Shown here in pieces: positions 48,701 through 57,779 of a stretch of 64,000 nt of DNA (its first letter is position 1; every line of letters begins with the position of its first letter). The stretch comes from Promethearchaeota archaeon. Its GTDB lineage: Archaea > Asgardarchaeota > Lokiarchaeia > Sigyniarchaeales > SOKP01. The notes under the pieces are model-generated. The model had not been told where the DNA came from. It did not search any database and saw only the letters and a program-made list of their open reading frames with translations. Location: assembly GCA_048938005.1 (NCBI GenBank), contig JBHLMQ010000006.1, forward strand, positions 1 through 64,000, read 5' to 3'. A program made the translations under genes and the position numbers.

Positions 48701-51315
48701 CACGAAAATAGTAATAAGATTAACGGTAAGATTATACCATAAAAAGTCCCTATTAATAAGAAAAAGGGATAATAAAATATCGTTGTTGCACTTATACAAA
48801 ATGCTATGATTATTTGTAATTTCAGAAAAAATCTTACTCTATTCTCCCTAATTTTGACTTTCTTAGATATATAAAAGATACTTGTAAAAATTAAAAATAC
48901 GATATATAGCGTACAATTTATTACAGTTATTATCAAAAAGATTATATCAAAATATAAATTCAAATAGAATAATTCCAATCCTATAATAGTTGGAATTAAT
49001 GATATCGTGGTTGATAATAATATACTATTTATGATAAGAGATTTAGATATAAATTTATGGTATAATCTTTTCTTTCTTAAATATAATATTGGAAGGTAAA
49101 GAATTATACTCGAAACTAACAGTGGAACTATTAAAACATAAAGAGTACCAATTGTTAACAATAAAAAATAGTAGAATACTATCACGGTTGTATATAGCAG
49201 AATAAAACTGTTTATCTTTATATAAAGACCTTCAGAAAAGATCTCTTTTTTTGAAAAGATGTTGATTATTCCACAAACTAATGCCAATGATAAATATGTT
49301 GAATAAATTATGTTCTGAACTAGCGAAACCACTTGAAAGACTTGAAAGACACTCAAAAATAATAAGCAAAATACAGAAAAAAGTTCCACTGCTAATAAGT
49401 AAGAATTGATTTTAACATATTTTTTAAATTTAGATTCGGTTATTCTTTCCAATTTCAAACCAAACTTTAATATAAAATAATAAAAAATAGACGTAAAAAG
49501 GCAATCTAACGCTATTATAATAAAGTATGTAGTAAATAGGGATATTATTAACAGAGATATAAAAAAATCAAATAAAAATATCCAAAGTGAAAAATAGCAG
49601 AATTTCAAGAAATCTTTTAGGGGATACACATGTAAGCCATAATTTAAGTAAAGAAAAAATATGAAAACAATAGGAAATAAAACTGATGATATCAATATTC
49701 CTTGTAGAAAAGGAATTAGTTCAATCAAGAAATAGGTTCTAAATAATATAAAAGCAATAACAAATAATTCGACTAAAAAGCTATTAAATAATACAAAGAT
49801 CCTGAATAATTTCGGGGATTTTCTGTAGAAGTATCTCACACCTAAAACATACTGAGAGATTAAAAAAATTATTGAAATTATTAATGAGTGTAAGAGAACA
49901 TTTGAAATGAAAATTAATAATGGGTTTGATGTAAAAGTTGTTGGAAAGAAATAATACATAATCATTGGAAAGAAATAATACATAACCAAAGAAAAACTAG
50001 CAACGGCTAGCAAATTTTGAAAGATTAGAATGTTATCTTTAAGGAAATAATCTAATTTAACAAACACTTGCAAAACCAAATACAAAGAAATGCAAAATAC
50101 CAAAAAATTCAATAAGATGGTCTCTATTGTAGGTAGTATTATTCCAAAAGAGATGTAAATCAAGAGAGCAATAGAGTTTAATAAAATTACATATTTATTA
50201 TACTTCTTTGAACATAGTTCATACTTCTGTTCATAGTGAAGTAGTATATAAATAAATGGAAGGATAATTAAGATTAAGTATGGAATTTGGATTAGAAAAG
50301 AGAACAATGTAATTAATAGAATTAAAATTCCAGATAAATATGAATTGTATTTTTGATATTTAATATTTAGTGGGGGAGGACTTTCCTTAGACTCTTCAAT
50401 TTTATCAGACTTGTCATATAGATCAAGTTTAGAACCATAATAATAATTAACATAGAACCTAGATTTAAAATAGAATAAAATGAATATCAGTGTTAAGAAA
50501 GAGCTATTTAGGAGTTCTGCTAAGAGATTAAATGTTATAACAATAACTAATGGCATTTGAACTAATATAAAGAAAATAAGGCTAACTAAGGAAATTACAA
50601 AATTTTTTTTAAATAATATTAAGTCTCTTAAAAATGGTTTATTTTTAATTATGGAATCTTTTATTCTTTTTATTTGACTCTTAGTACCTGTTAATGTGAT
50701 GATATAAAATAGTAAGTTTGTTATAAGAGCATAAAGCCAGGAGAAATTAGTGGAAGCAGTAAAAGCTAAAAAAATAATATGAGTAACATAATTAACGAAA
50801 ATTAAGAAATTATATGGCTGCTTAACCATTAATGCAAAATTTTCGCTATGTTTGAATTCTCCATCTTCTATATTAAAAAAATCAATTGGTTGGAAATAAT
50901 AATAGTAGTAAACAATGTTGAAAAGAACTGCATAACTAATTAATGGAAGGAAAATAAATGAATCAAATGGTGAACCAAGTATAAAAATAGGAGTTGTAAC
51001 AAATGAAAGGATAGAAATTAAAAAAAGGACATGAATTCTAGCAGTAAGATTATTCCTTTTGTTAAGAAAAAAGGGATTATTTCTGTATTTATCATAAGCC
51101 TTATAGAAAAAAAGCAAAGTAAACACAAAACATTCTACTGATAAAGATAATGTAATGAATAGACCAACTCGAGAAAAATTTAGGATTAAAAAAAGTACAA
51201 CTGCTGCTATTAAAGGAGCAATAATTAAATAAAATGAAAACCACCAAAATTTCTGAAGTAGTTCCGTAGCCTTCGTTATTCTTTCTTTTGAATTATCGGT
51301 AGTTTTTGATCTCAT
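42793..51315 (-). CDS. Giant polytopic membrane protein (~2840 aa), unknown function
   Basis: Uninterrupted 8.5-kb ORF made almost entirely of hydrophobic ~20-aa segments with short K/R-rich loops; ATG at 51315 (TTG at 51327 is possible). Confidence 0.85.
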   Translation of the reverse strand: MRSKTTDNSKERITKATELLQKFWWFSFYLIIAPLIAAVVLFLILNFSRVGLFITLSLSVECFVFTLLFFYKAYDKYRNNPFFLNKRNNLTARIHVLFLISILSFVTTPIFILGSPFDSFIFLPLISYAVLFNIVYYYYYFQPIDFFNIEDGEFKHSENFALMVKQPYNFLIFVNYVTHIIFLAFTASTNFSWLYALITNLLFYIITLTGTKSQIKRIKDSIIKNKPFLRDLILFKKNFVISLVSLIFFILVQMPLVIVITFNLLAELLNSSFLTLIFILFYFKSRFYVNYYYGSKLDLYDKSDKIEESKESPPPLNIKYQKYNSYLSGILILLITLFSFLIQIPYLILIILPFIYILLHYEQKYELCSKKYNKYVILLNSIALLIYISFGIILPTIETILLNFLVFCISLYLVLQVFVKLDYFLKDNILIFQNLLAVASFSLVMYYFFPMIMYYFFPTTFTSNPLLIFISNVLLHSLIISIIFLISQYVLGVRYFYRKSPKLFRIFVLFNSFLVELFVIAFILFRTYFLIELIPFLQGILISSVLFPIVFIFFLYLNYGLHVYPLKDFLKFCYFSLWIFLFDFFISLLIISLFTTYFIIIALDCLFTSIFYYFILKFGLKLERITESKFKKYVKINSYLLAVELFSVFCLLFLSVFQVFQVVSLVQNIIYSTYLSLALVCGIINIFSKKEIFSEGLYIKINSFILLYTTVIVFYYFLLLTIGTLYVLIVPLLVSSIILYLPILYLRKKRLYHKFISKSLIINSILLSTTISLIPTIIGLELFYLNLYFDIIFLIITVINCTLYIVFLIFTSIFYISKKVKIRENRVRFFLKLQIIIAFCISATTIFYYPFFLLIGTFYGIILPLILLLFSWLFLFYYSYKKEYFNLEWIKKLTIYDFIVLSCLIISLPTIISLDLTRFGLKLNIILILTTTIFLLFSFLKISELLSVRIKLKESYIKRFKLSGIISWFLFTVLLSYYVASIFIVTITLNPFTLLIISCSLFMFFVLSMYTLKLSSDYFPELKIFNYLHDIIVYGIVVSISFTFTFLILSTNLFAFILPNLVFYISMLIGFFLTIFLLFVIVFDNLIEFKLTQLKIILELTAWLVIKIILCTLTLSLIEFYIPQFFIVNKIFLFSLTFILLTPLSLYILRNLKYISAKNQLLMKKITLITFIISILSIYLEILYNLTAIIPFFNQNLLLQITVITVNVILFLYYSFLRFNKTVEERSVFTLYQFYIPSVLLLVSLLYFNSILTIFLTLISYALILSQRSIIPIFRFVSYFLLSYITFIEVLAILSMYSVILGFSILVIISLLTMSWALFFSILINIKKNNNLEKFALYFLISLLSFVSLITFTNILIIYNITISILIFLLFIGFFFYRLKDERYKWFIRPCVVLAIFDITSFMSYSWFFNNLIFGLYNPILTFTLTMSITGFGFVLLYNNSPVRFRKISFYIVLISIVLSFPTFLYFLIIASLDLPLLSVVPLIVAINFGVFLYYLSIGIYQWRISWAIWKSGWYAWNILPFVNFYIIYQSFTGIDVLTKSLQFGAFSVDGSLIISIIICSLFFLPVVYSKIKKYFSLIVFIIWGESLFLLYWVSQYLFPTDILLTNLSFGLFSAILLMPLLAIFKYWKIISILWIFPLTVINAGFLLFYLMEIGILPEITISIDILVIGLFLIVYSFFPNIRSIGIILIGAYFITLLGIFLTIYFVLYSIILDPIFSVNISLIVIGFSLFSSKYTQLPKRIINLCLSWILIFNFSWLTFNTFNFFPGLLLFAFSLALTVGGCSFFIFNRYKMKFRINKIIPYLIVAVGASLSVTSLISIIFKASPAILISTFSSVFIVFLYFIFTEYRYMLWFGIPIPISTLILELLLIFEFIQPLWFLTWAILYLISFQILINIFKNLVKAETPEKRNSILKLFEDENQVKWLNLTGFLLNSICISLFIAIILPNLLKLFLFTQILIVYQICDFLIIWPFLFLFCLKYIEKSKLDIKIKNPLRYFNKISFVLYLLIPFALAVNLLLYLVFINLAISIYSFLLVVSGIAFIESYLMDRNYFYLLFNSTRNKFIVCSWFIFSNTLSLFLYLFHLNVFLLVLTISLLNLIFLHFLSYLDISKEKISTARLILIYNSFIWSSFYIASLISDGLILLFEGLKGFPYYSLLFQNATILLYALSFFFVKIEKRLKNWIEFILFVLFQGLLAISLFYIFTILDYLNFFMINLIILIEICFSFNSIKYINIMIDKQKYPNFLPKINSFMLLILYFEISIIMYGLVSEFLGFDLIESIMVSVSILFVLTLLDIYSIKKVKRSYASLVHTISFFTISLMLFLILNNLISQYPFLLSLEIFIFILMQFYTNYSLFASLKDFYPNTKDALNKIQTYVQHTIGTGFYITLSISIFQALFLQGFPIPLILLILSLLIHLLMIIDSYLLKFLGIATRYVKVMSWILIMIFTSTYLIWLYNIFSITFLLTVIPIIIFILILEFAYLFKLLLFWQLVVSNKEKIRVSLIGLSYLNFMTWPLYFASLNPFLILNLTLASLFIMFILTYIDNFIGVLKETLRKSLRSYSFLIIGGLLSIDVFLLLNFIPDFNIFLNLSISSLVFIMFLGIKIKPFKEHSILALTFWVIIFVLLSIIIYFISLSWIAGLAIFIITVMVYPFIFLLEELKELFNKLVDYLTIFFRKVKILIKNTFIKIVSFLKKNFQYVWIIFSLFVSIFFGILTYILTLWLVHSIVLVFPIFGILYSIMPSKKSEDADLMFRRRMLRLIISWGSIIVLLFAFITWVWYIFTIWISIWIMGAILLPYISFKEKRENISIKWRFYTLIILIILLVLFGILLALQIYYIYFF
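49941..49985. repeat. 21-bp direct repeat with 24-bp period (in-frame duplication MYYFFP-MI-MYYFFP)
   Basis: TTGGAAAGAAATAATACATAA at 49941 and 49965. Confidence 0.85.
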
Positions 51316-51508
51316 CGCCCAACACAATTTTTTAATTGTATCTTGAGAGTAATGAAAATATGTGTTTATAAATATATTATAAGTATGTTTACTAGTTTGT
51401 TAGAGTATTTAAAGATTAATTCGAACTTTTACCAGTAAAAGTCGAGAAAATAGTAGTAAAACTTTTATTTTGGTGGTAGAAATTAGCGAATGTAAAAAAA
51501 CTGGTGGA

Positions 51509-52840
51509 TTATTTGAAATTAGGTAAATAACTTTTTTGTTGTTCAAACATTTCATTATAGATGTTTTCTGCCATTTCAAAACTCCCAACATTCGGATCAA
51601 TTGCTAAACAAGCAACAGCGATATCTTTAGATCTTTTTAAAACTGCTTCAACACACAAATCTTGGATTGACGCTTCAATGCGAAGTAACGCAGCAATATT
51701 TTTAGGTAAAGGACCTATATTAACACCATGAGCACCCTCCTTATTTATTACTGCAGAACACTCAATTATTGAATCTTGCGGCAAATTTTCAATAAGATTA
51801 TTGTTTGGAATATTAACAGCAAATTCATAGGAATTCTCATCATTAATGATTGCTTCTATTATTGGGATCGCTCTTTCTCCAGACAGTTCTTTTGATAAGA
51901 TTCCTTTTCTAGGATATCTTCCTCTTTTAAGCCTTTTATAATAATTACGGAATCTCTCATATATCATTTGTCCTTCATTGTCTATAAAATCAATCCAATC
52001 TATCATATCCTGGGTTTCTGTAAATTCCTCCCCAAATTGTAAGTATTCTCCAATATGATTATCCCCTACATATGGAAAATACCCAAATCTCTTATAAATT
52101 TCAAATGTAAGTGTAGAAAACTCGAATCTATCCTCATGTTCTTTGAAATATTTCATGGCATTAGTATTAAATGAAGGCATTAAATTCTTTCCTGTTAGTA
52201 AATCCTCCAAGCCTAATAAAAATGCAAAATGATTAAAACCTGCTACTTTCATTTTTAACTCTCTTATCGATTTTTTAAACATTTTAGGCAAATGTCTGAC
52301 CATAAACTCGATTTGATGACATAAACCAATAAACTTTAACTTTTTTACACTTCTTTTAATTGCTAAGCATACTCGAGATAATGGATTTGAAAAGTTGATG
52401 AAAAAAGCATTTGGACAAATTTTTTCGGCCTCTTTAACAATCTCAATAATTGGGGGAATTATTCTCCAAGCATGAAAAGTACCACCGGATCCTCCGCACT
52501 CCCCTAAAATCTGTGTTGACCCATATTTTCTTGGTATTTCATAGTCTTGTCGCCATAATTCCATTCGATTTCCAACTTCTATTGAATTAATTATGAAATC
52601 GGCGTTTTTAAGAGCTGTAGTTCTATCAATCGTTCTTTCTAGATTGAATTTATTATTTATTCTATCGTTTTCTACCATTAATAACTCATAAATCATTTCT
52701 AACTTCTCTTTATTAGTATCATGAAGTACTATTGTTGAACCTTCTAACACATCACTTAAATAAATATCATTAAACATTGGAGGTCCAAACGAAGTTGAAC
52801 CTGCTCCAATCAATACAATTTTCTTATTCATGTCGCTCAC
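51509..52840 (-). CDS. Glycoside hydrolase family 4 (NAD+-dependent alpha-galactosidase/glucosidase)
   Basis: 'KIVLIGAGSTSF', 'GECGGSGG', 'INFSNP', 'GLCH', 'AGFNHF'. Confidence 0.92.
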   Translation of the reverse strand: MSDMNKKIVLIGAGSTSFGPPMFNDIYLSDVLEGSTIVLHDTNKEKLEMIYELLMVENDRINNKFNLERTIDRTTALKNADFIINSIEVGNRMELWRQDYEIPRKYGSTQILGECGGSGGTFHAWRIIPPIIEIVKEAEKICPNAFFINFSNPLSRVCLAIKRSVKKLKFIGLCHQIEFMVRHLPKMFKKSIRELKMKVAGFNHFAFLLGLEDLLTGKNLMPSFNTNAMKYFKEHEDRFEFSTLTFEIYKRFGYFPYVGDNHIGEYLQFGEEFTETQDMIDWIDFIDNEGQMIYERFRNYYKRLKRGRYPRKGILSKELSGERAIPIIEAIINDENSYEFAVNIPNNNLIENLPQDSIIECSAVINKEGAHGVNIGPLPKNIAALLRIEASIQDLCVEAVLKRSKDIAVACLAIDPNVGSFEMAENIYNEMFEQQKSYLPNFK

Positions 52841-53187
52841 AAACTAGTTTATTGGCAAATGATTTAATAATTTACTTATAAGTATAATTCAACAAATTCC
52901 GATAAATGGGAAGTAAATGGGAAAGTTTATAAGGTTATTCTAACTTTTCCTAATTAATGAGTTTTTCACAGTATACTATGGATTATTGGTGTAAGATACA
53001 TATTACAGTATTACCTTTAATCCGTGGTATTAAGAGAGAATAAATCAAAAAATTTTGACCTCTTTCTTATAACTTTTACTGATTTGTTCTCTTTTATACT
53101 GCATCTCAATAATTATTATATGAAATAGGTCGTAATTAGATTGATCCTCCCAGTGAAGAATTCAATTAAAAATGGAGGTGAAGTGTA

Positions 53188-53367
53188 CTGGAAAAAGAAT
53201 CAGATAAAATTGATCTGATATTAGATTATTATAAAGATTGGGATTCTTATAATGCTCCAGTTATGATGATGTTTAATGCGCCAAATGAGCTTTCAGAAAG
53301 TTTAGAGGCGGAGGATAGCAAAAAGTTGGAGTATTTAAGGAAAAAGTATCAAAATTCTTCGAAATGA
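53188..53367 (+). CDS. Putative 59-aa acidic microprotein with CTG start (not in ORF track)
   Basis: Perfect GGAGGTGA SD at 53174-53181, 6 nt before CTG; (M)EKESDKIDLILDYYKDWDSYNAPVMMMFNAPNELSESLEAEDSKKLEYLRKKYQNSSK. Confidence 0.55.
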   Translation: MEKESDKIDLILDYYKDWDSYNAPVMMMFNAPNELSESLEAEDSKKLEYLRKKYQNSSK

Positions 53368-53423
53368 TGACAATCTTTTTAGTTTTTATAATATAACTCT
53401 TTTTTTTTTATTTTTGTTATATT

Positions 53424-54599
53424 TTAAGTAAATAATGTTTCAATTCTTTCTAATGCTTGCCTAATCCGTTCTTCGGGTTGTGTTAAAGCAAATCTCACAA
53501 ATCCCTCTCCATATTGACCAAAACCTATTCCAGGTGTGATTATTACTCCTATATCAATTAATTTCTTTACAAAATCCATGCAGCTCATTTCACAGTACTT
53601 CTCTGGAATTTTAGTCCATACATAAAATGTTGCTTGAGGTTTGTCTGTTGTCCACCCTATATCATTTAAACCTTTAATTAGAATATCTCTCCGCTTCTCG
53701 TAAGTTTTTACTGTGCTTTCGACAACTTCTGGTTTTTTTTCTGATTTATATTCATTTAAACCTTTAATTACAGCTTTTTGTATAAAAATCGGACAACCCG
53801 AGTCGATCTGAGATTTGATCTTTCTTAACCCTTTTATAATATCTCTATTTCCTGCCACCCAACCACATCGGAATCCTGTCATATTGAACATTTTGGATGC
53901 ACTGTTAATCTCAATATGGTTTTGATCTATTTGTAATATGGATGGAGCAATATAATTACCAAATGTAAACTCTGAATAAGGATTATCATAAACAATAAAA
54001 AAATCATAATCCTCAGCATAATCCACTGCTTTTTTCAAGAATTCTTTTGGCATTATAGCACCAGTAGGATTATTTGGATAATTCAAATACATTAATTTAG
54101 CTTTTTTAAGAATTTTTTTATCAATTATATCTAAATCAGGCAAAAAATTATTTTCTTTCAATAAAGGCATTGAATATGGATTTGCATCACACAATTTTGT
54201 TGCTCCATTCTCATAAACTGGATATCCCGGATTAGGACAAAGAACTATATCTTCTGGATTAATAAAGGCTCTTGCAATATTCGCAACACCCTCCTTTCCT
54301 CCAATTACATTTGAAATCTCATCTTGAGGATCTAATTCCAGTTTAAATCTTACTTTATACCATCTTGCTACAGCTTCCCTAAAATCTTGTTCTCCCATAC
54401 TAGCAGGATAATTTTGATTCTCTGGAATTCTAACTTGCCTTATCATCTCGTTAATTATCAATTCTGGGGTAGTTAAATCAGGATCTCCAATCCCTAAAGG
54501 AATTAAATCAATCCGTTTTTTTCTTTTTTCTTCTAATAATTGCTCTATCTCTACAAAAATATATGTTGGGAGCCTTTTTACCCTCTCAGCATAATTCAT
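53424..54599 (-). CDS. PLP-dependent aminotransferase class I/II (LL-diaminopimelate aminotransferase-like)
   Basis: 'LGIGDPD', 'LNYPNNPTGA', 'SASKMFNMTGFRCG', 'PGIGFGQYGEGFVRFAL'. Confidence 0.88.
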   Translation of the reverse strand: MNYAERVKRLPTYIFVEIEQLLEEKRKKRIDLIPLGIGDPDLTTPELIINEMIRQVRIPENQNYPASMGEQDFREAVARWYKVRFKLELDPQDEISNVIGGKEGVANIARAFINPEDIVLCPNPGYPVYENGATKLCDANPYSMPLLKENNFLPDLDIIDKKILKKAKLMYLNYPNNPTGAIMPKEFLKKAVDYAEDYDFFIVYDNPYSEFTFGNYIAPSILQIDQNHIEINSASKMFNMTGFRCGWVAGNRDIIKGLRKIKSQIDSGCPIFIQKAVIKGLNEYKSEKKPEVVESTVKTYEKRRDILIKGLNDIGWTTDKPQATFYVWTKIPEKYCEMSCMDFVKKLIDIGVIITPGIGFGQYGEGFVRFALTQPEERIRQALERIETLFT

Positions 54600-54728
54600 C
54601 TTACTTTAAAACACCACAAATTTATTGATCATTTAAGAAAAGTATTGTCTAAAATCTTCTAAAATTGAAAAATTTAACTATTAACAAAAGGTTATGTTTA
54701 ATTTCAATGTAATTGTTCTATATTCTTT

Positions 54729-54763
54729 ATAAAAAAAAATATTGAATATCCATGGATATTCAA
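54729..54763 (-). terminator. Perfect 22-bp palindrome followed by a U-tract on the minus strand
   Basis: TTGAATATCCATGGATATTCAA (54742-54763) lies just after the MFS stop and is followed by TATTTTTTTTT on the minus strand. Confidence 0.6.
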
Positions 54764-54771
54764 AAAACTAC

Positions 54772-56100
54772 TTATAAATTTGGTTTTATTTCATATTGAT
54801 TACGATCCAAGAAGAGAAATGGGATTATTGCTAAACTCGATAGAATCATCATGGTTATAAATATTATTCCAAATATCACTATTACGTCAGCAGTTAAACC
54901 CGCGATTGCATCAAATATTAGCCCCGTAAAAATCAAGCCAAGTTGCGTGCCTAAATTGATAAACGTTGTACATATTGAATAGTAAGTACTAGGTGCTTCA
55001 GGATATTGTTGTGAATATTGTGTAGCAATAGCTGAAAAAGAAGAATTACTCCATCCACTTGAAGATCCGACCAAAAAGGCGAAAATTAATAAAATCATAC
55101 TATATGTTTTTGGAATTGGTATTAGAAGTAAAGCTAATGATCCCACAGTCAATAATATTGATGCAAAAAAAGCAGTTCTTCTTGAAATTTTGTCAGCAAT
55201 CATTCCTCCAATAAGAGCTCCTGCAAACACACCAATTCCTGTTAAAAATGTTATGATTGCTTGAGGAGGGTATAATGTAATATCTTCCTCCAACACACTT
55301 GTTGTTGCTCCAGCTGCTTCAACGTATCCTGATTGGATTAGAATAAATAAAGCTAAAAAGACGAATATAACACCATCAACGATTGCCATGAAAAGTGAGA
55401 AAATGTAAACTTTCCAATTCTCACGTTTTTTAAACATTACTTTTAGATTAGCAACTAGACTTATATCTTCAACTATAGGCTTATGTTTAATTATGAGAGT
55501 TAATGTTGAAAATATTATTGTCAAAACTCCTAGAGATATAAATACAAAAAATATATGAATAACACCTAGTAAGAGCAATATCAATGGACCTCCAACTATT
55601 ATTCCCACTGATCTACATGCCCAAACCATTCCTGTCGTACGTCCAAGAAGTTCTTTAGGACAAATTTCGATAATAAAACCATCCATTGCAGTATCTGCCA
55701 TTGCTACTCCTAATACAACAAAAAATCCTGCATATGTGAATAATGCCATCGCAGAATCGGGATTTATTGAGATTGTTAATAATAGAATTGTGATAATAAT
55801 CCACATTAGGCCAGAAAATGAAGCGCCCCCTATTATCCATGGTTTTCGCCTTCCAAACTTTCTTGATCTTATTTTATCTCCCAATATACCATAAATTAGC
55901 TTTAATATAAATGGAATAAATACGAAACTAAGCATAAATGATAATGCTGCTAAATCAACAGTTCCGAGAGAGTAAAGATAAATTGGTATTACTGCTGTAA
56001 AGATACTCTGATTTATACCCTGTATGAAATAATTGAGTGAGAAAATACCAGTATAGCTAAATTTATATTCAATATTACTGTTTTCCATAATAATACCCAA
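54772..56100 (-). CDS. MFS transporter (AmpG/BT1-like)
   Basis: 'YFIQGI', 'FGRRKPWI', 'ADTAMDGF', 'GGMIADKISRR'. Confidence 0.85.
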   Translation of the reverse strand: MGIIMENSNIEYKFSYTGIFSLNYFIQGINQSIFTAVIPIYLYSLGTVDLAALSFMLSFVFIPFILKLIYGILGDKIRSRKFGRRKPWIIGGASFSGLMWIIITILLLTISINPDSAMALFTYAGFFVVLGVAMADTAMDGFIIEICPKELLGRTTGMVWACRSVGIIVGGPLILLLLGVIHIFFVFISLGVLTIIFSTLTLIIKHKPIVEDISLVANLKVMFKKRENWKVYIFSLFMAIVDGVIFVFLALFILIQSGYVEAAGATTSVLEEDITLYPPQAIITFLTGIGVFAGALIGGMIADKISRRTAFFASILLTVGSLALLLIPIPKTYSMILLIFAFLVGSSSGWSNSSFSAIATQYSQQYPEAPSTYYSICTTFINLGTQLGLIFTGLIFDAIAGLTADVIVIFGIIFITMMILSSLAIIPFLFLDRNQYEIKPNL

Positions 56101-56239
56101 AATTAATTTTACTTAATATTGATTAATTTATTTAAAAGGTATATTTATATTTGTAATATATATTTTTAAGGTTTAAGAAAATTTAACTATATTAAACATA
56201 AAATAAAAAAAATCTAAAAAGAAATCACAGATATAAGTT

Positions 56240-56431
56240 TCAAATTGGATAATCCTTCCGTATTTGAAGTTCACGTTTATAATGCTTAATTTGATTTTTA
56301 ATAAATCTGAGAGGTCTTGGCTTTATTAGATGAGCATATTTCTGTAAATGATCTTCTAAAAGATAAATCGAAAGCTCTAATTTATGTATTCTTTCTTGGA
56401 TTTCTTTCATCATAATTTTTTCTCTCCTCAA
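56240..56431 (-). CDS. Small helical hypothetical protein
   Basis: 63 aa ORF with a plausible helical hairpin composition. Confidence 0.5.
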   Translation of the reverse strand: MRREKIMMKEIQERIHKLELSIYLLEDHLQKYAHLIKPRPLRFIKNQIKHYKRELQIRKDYPI

Positions 56432-56634
56432 ACCCTTAATTTGATATTAATAAGGATTTAAGAACTACCAACTAAAAAATTCTAAGAGTCCTAAGATTTT
56501 ATAGATTTTTTCTAAAAATTTTGACATCTTTGAATACCATTGCCTTATTAAGTATTCTCATAATGTAATTAAATCATCAATATTTTTATCAATTAAGAAT
56601 ATTTTAAGAAATTTTAAATAAGGATATAACAAAA

Positions 56635-57732
56635 ATGACAGATAAATTCTGGTATAAAGTTGCCAGAACTATTATTAAAGCAGGAGTATTTCCTGTCCCT
56701 ATTAGTGATACTCTGATTGAAATATTACAAACTCTTTTAACTGAAGAACAAGCAAAATTTGTTTTAATATATAGAAAACCCTCAATGACTCTCGGACAAA
56801 TTAAACAAAGAATTGATATGCATGAAAAATCAATACTTGAAATGCTTGATACTTTAATGCAGAATGGAGTTATTGTTGGTACGAGGAGTAGAGGTACTGG
56901 GCTAATGGTTTATCGCTTAATGGGGCTATATCCAGGGATCTTTGAATACACATTTTTAAAAGGTACGACAAGAGAAAGAGATAAAAAGTTAGCAGAATTA
57001 TTCGAAAAGCTTTTTGTAGAAATAAGCAAGGGGACACAAAAGAATTATGAAAGTATTGTAAATGTGTTTAAAAATTTGCCACCAACTGATAGAACACTTC
57101 CGGTTGAAAAAGAAGTTGAAGTTGGAACTGAAACTGTAATGCCATTTGAGGAAATAAAGAAATACGTGGAAGAGTACGATGATATCGCCCTAGTACATTG
57201 TTATTGCCGTCATGCAAAAGATCTTATTAATGACCCTTGTAAATTAGGAGCATCAAAAGAAAATTGTTTCCTTTTTGATAAAACTGCTGTATTTGGAATT
57301 GAACAAGGTTTTGGTAGACCAGTATCAAAGGAGGAAGCAATTAAAATATTAAGAAAAGCAGAAGACGAAGGGTTAGTCCATAAAGTCTTTCATGTTCATT
57401 CGGATACAAATAGAGGAATTGAAGCTGTCTGTAATTGCTGTAATTGTTGTTGTGGGATGATCAATCTGTACTATCGTGGTGCAAAACCAATACATACAAT
57501 GTCGTCTTATATAGCAACTGTTGATGAAGATTTGTGTATAGGGTGCGGAACCTGTGTCGAAAAATGCCCTATGGAAACAATTGATTTAGAAGATACTATT
57601 GCTGTTGTGAATGAAGATAAGTGTATTGGATGTGGTGTGTGTGCTCATCATTGCCTTGAAAATGCAATGCATTTGAAAAGAATTGGTCCAAGACATATCT
57701 TTATCCCCCCAAAAAAGATCGAAGTAGAATAG
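56635..57732 (+). CDS. 4Fe-4S dicluster domain protein with N-terminal wHTH-like region
   Basis: 'CYCR', 'CNCCNCCCG' and two CxxCxxCxxxC ferredoxin motifs. Confidence 0.88.
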   Translation: MTDKFWYKVARTIIKAGVFPVPISDTLIEILQTLLTEEQAKFVLIYRKPSMTLGQIKQRIDMHEKSILEMLDTLMQNGVIVGTRSRGTGLMVYRLMGLYPGIFEYTFLKGTTRERDKKLAELFEKLFVEISKGTQKNYESIVNVFKNLPPTDRTLPVEKEVEVGTETVMPFEEIKKYVEEYDDIALVHCYCRHAKDLINDPCKLGASKENCFLFDKTAVFGIEQGFGRPVSKEEAIKILRKAEDEGLVHKVFHVHSDTNRGIEAVCNCCNCCCGMINLYYRGAKPIHTMSSYIATVDEDLCIGCGTCVEKCPMETIDLEDTIAVVNEDKCIGCGVCAHHCLENAMHLKRIGPRHIFIPPKKIEVE

Positions 57733-57779
57733 ATTAAATCTTTTTGTAAGTTTCATTTTATCAATATGAGATTCAACTT

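Noticed and set aside
56460-56525. Roughly 10-bp periodic CTAARA words upstream of the small ORF
   Set aside because: Too degenerate to distinguish from AT-rich background
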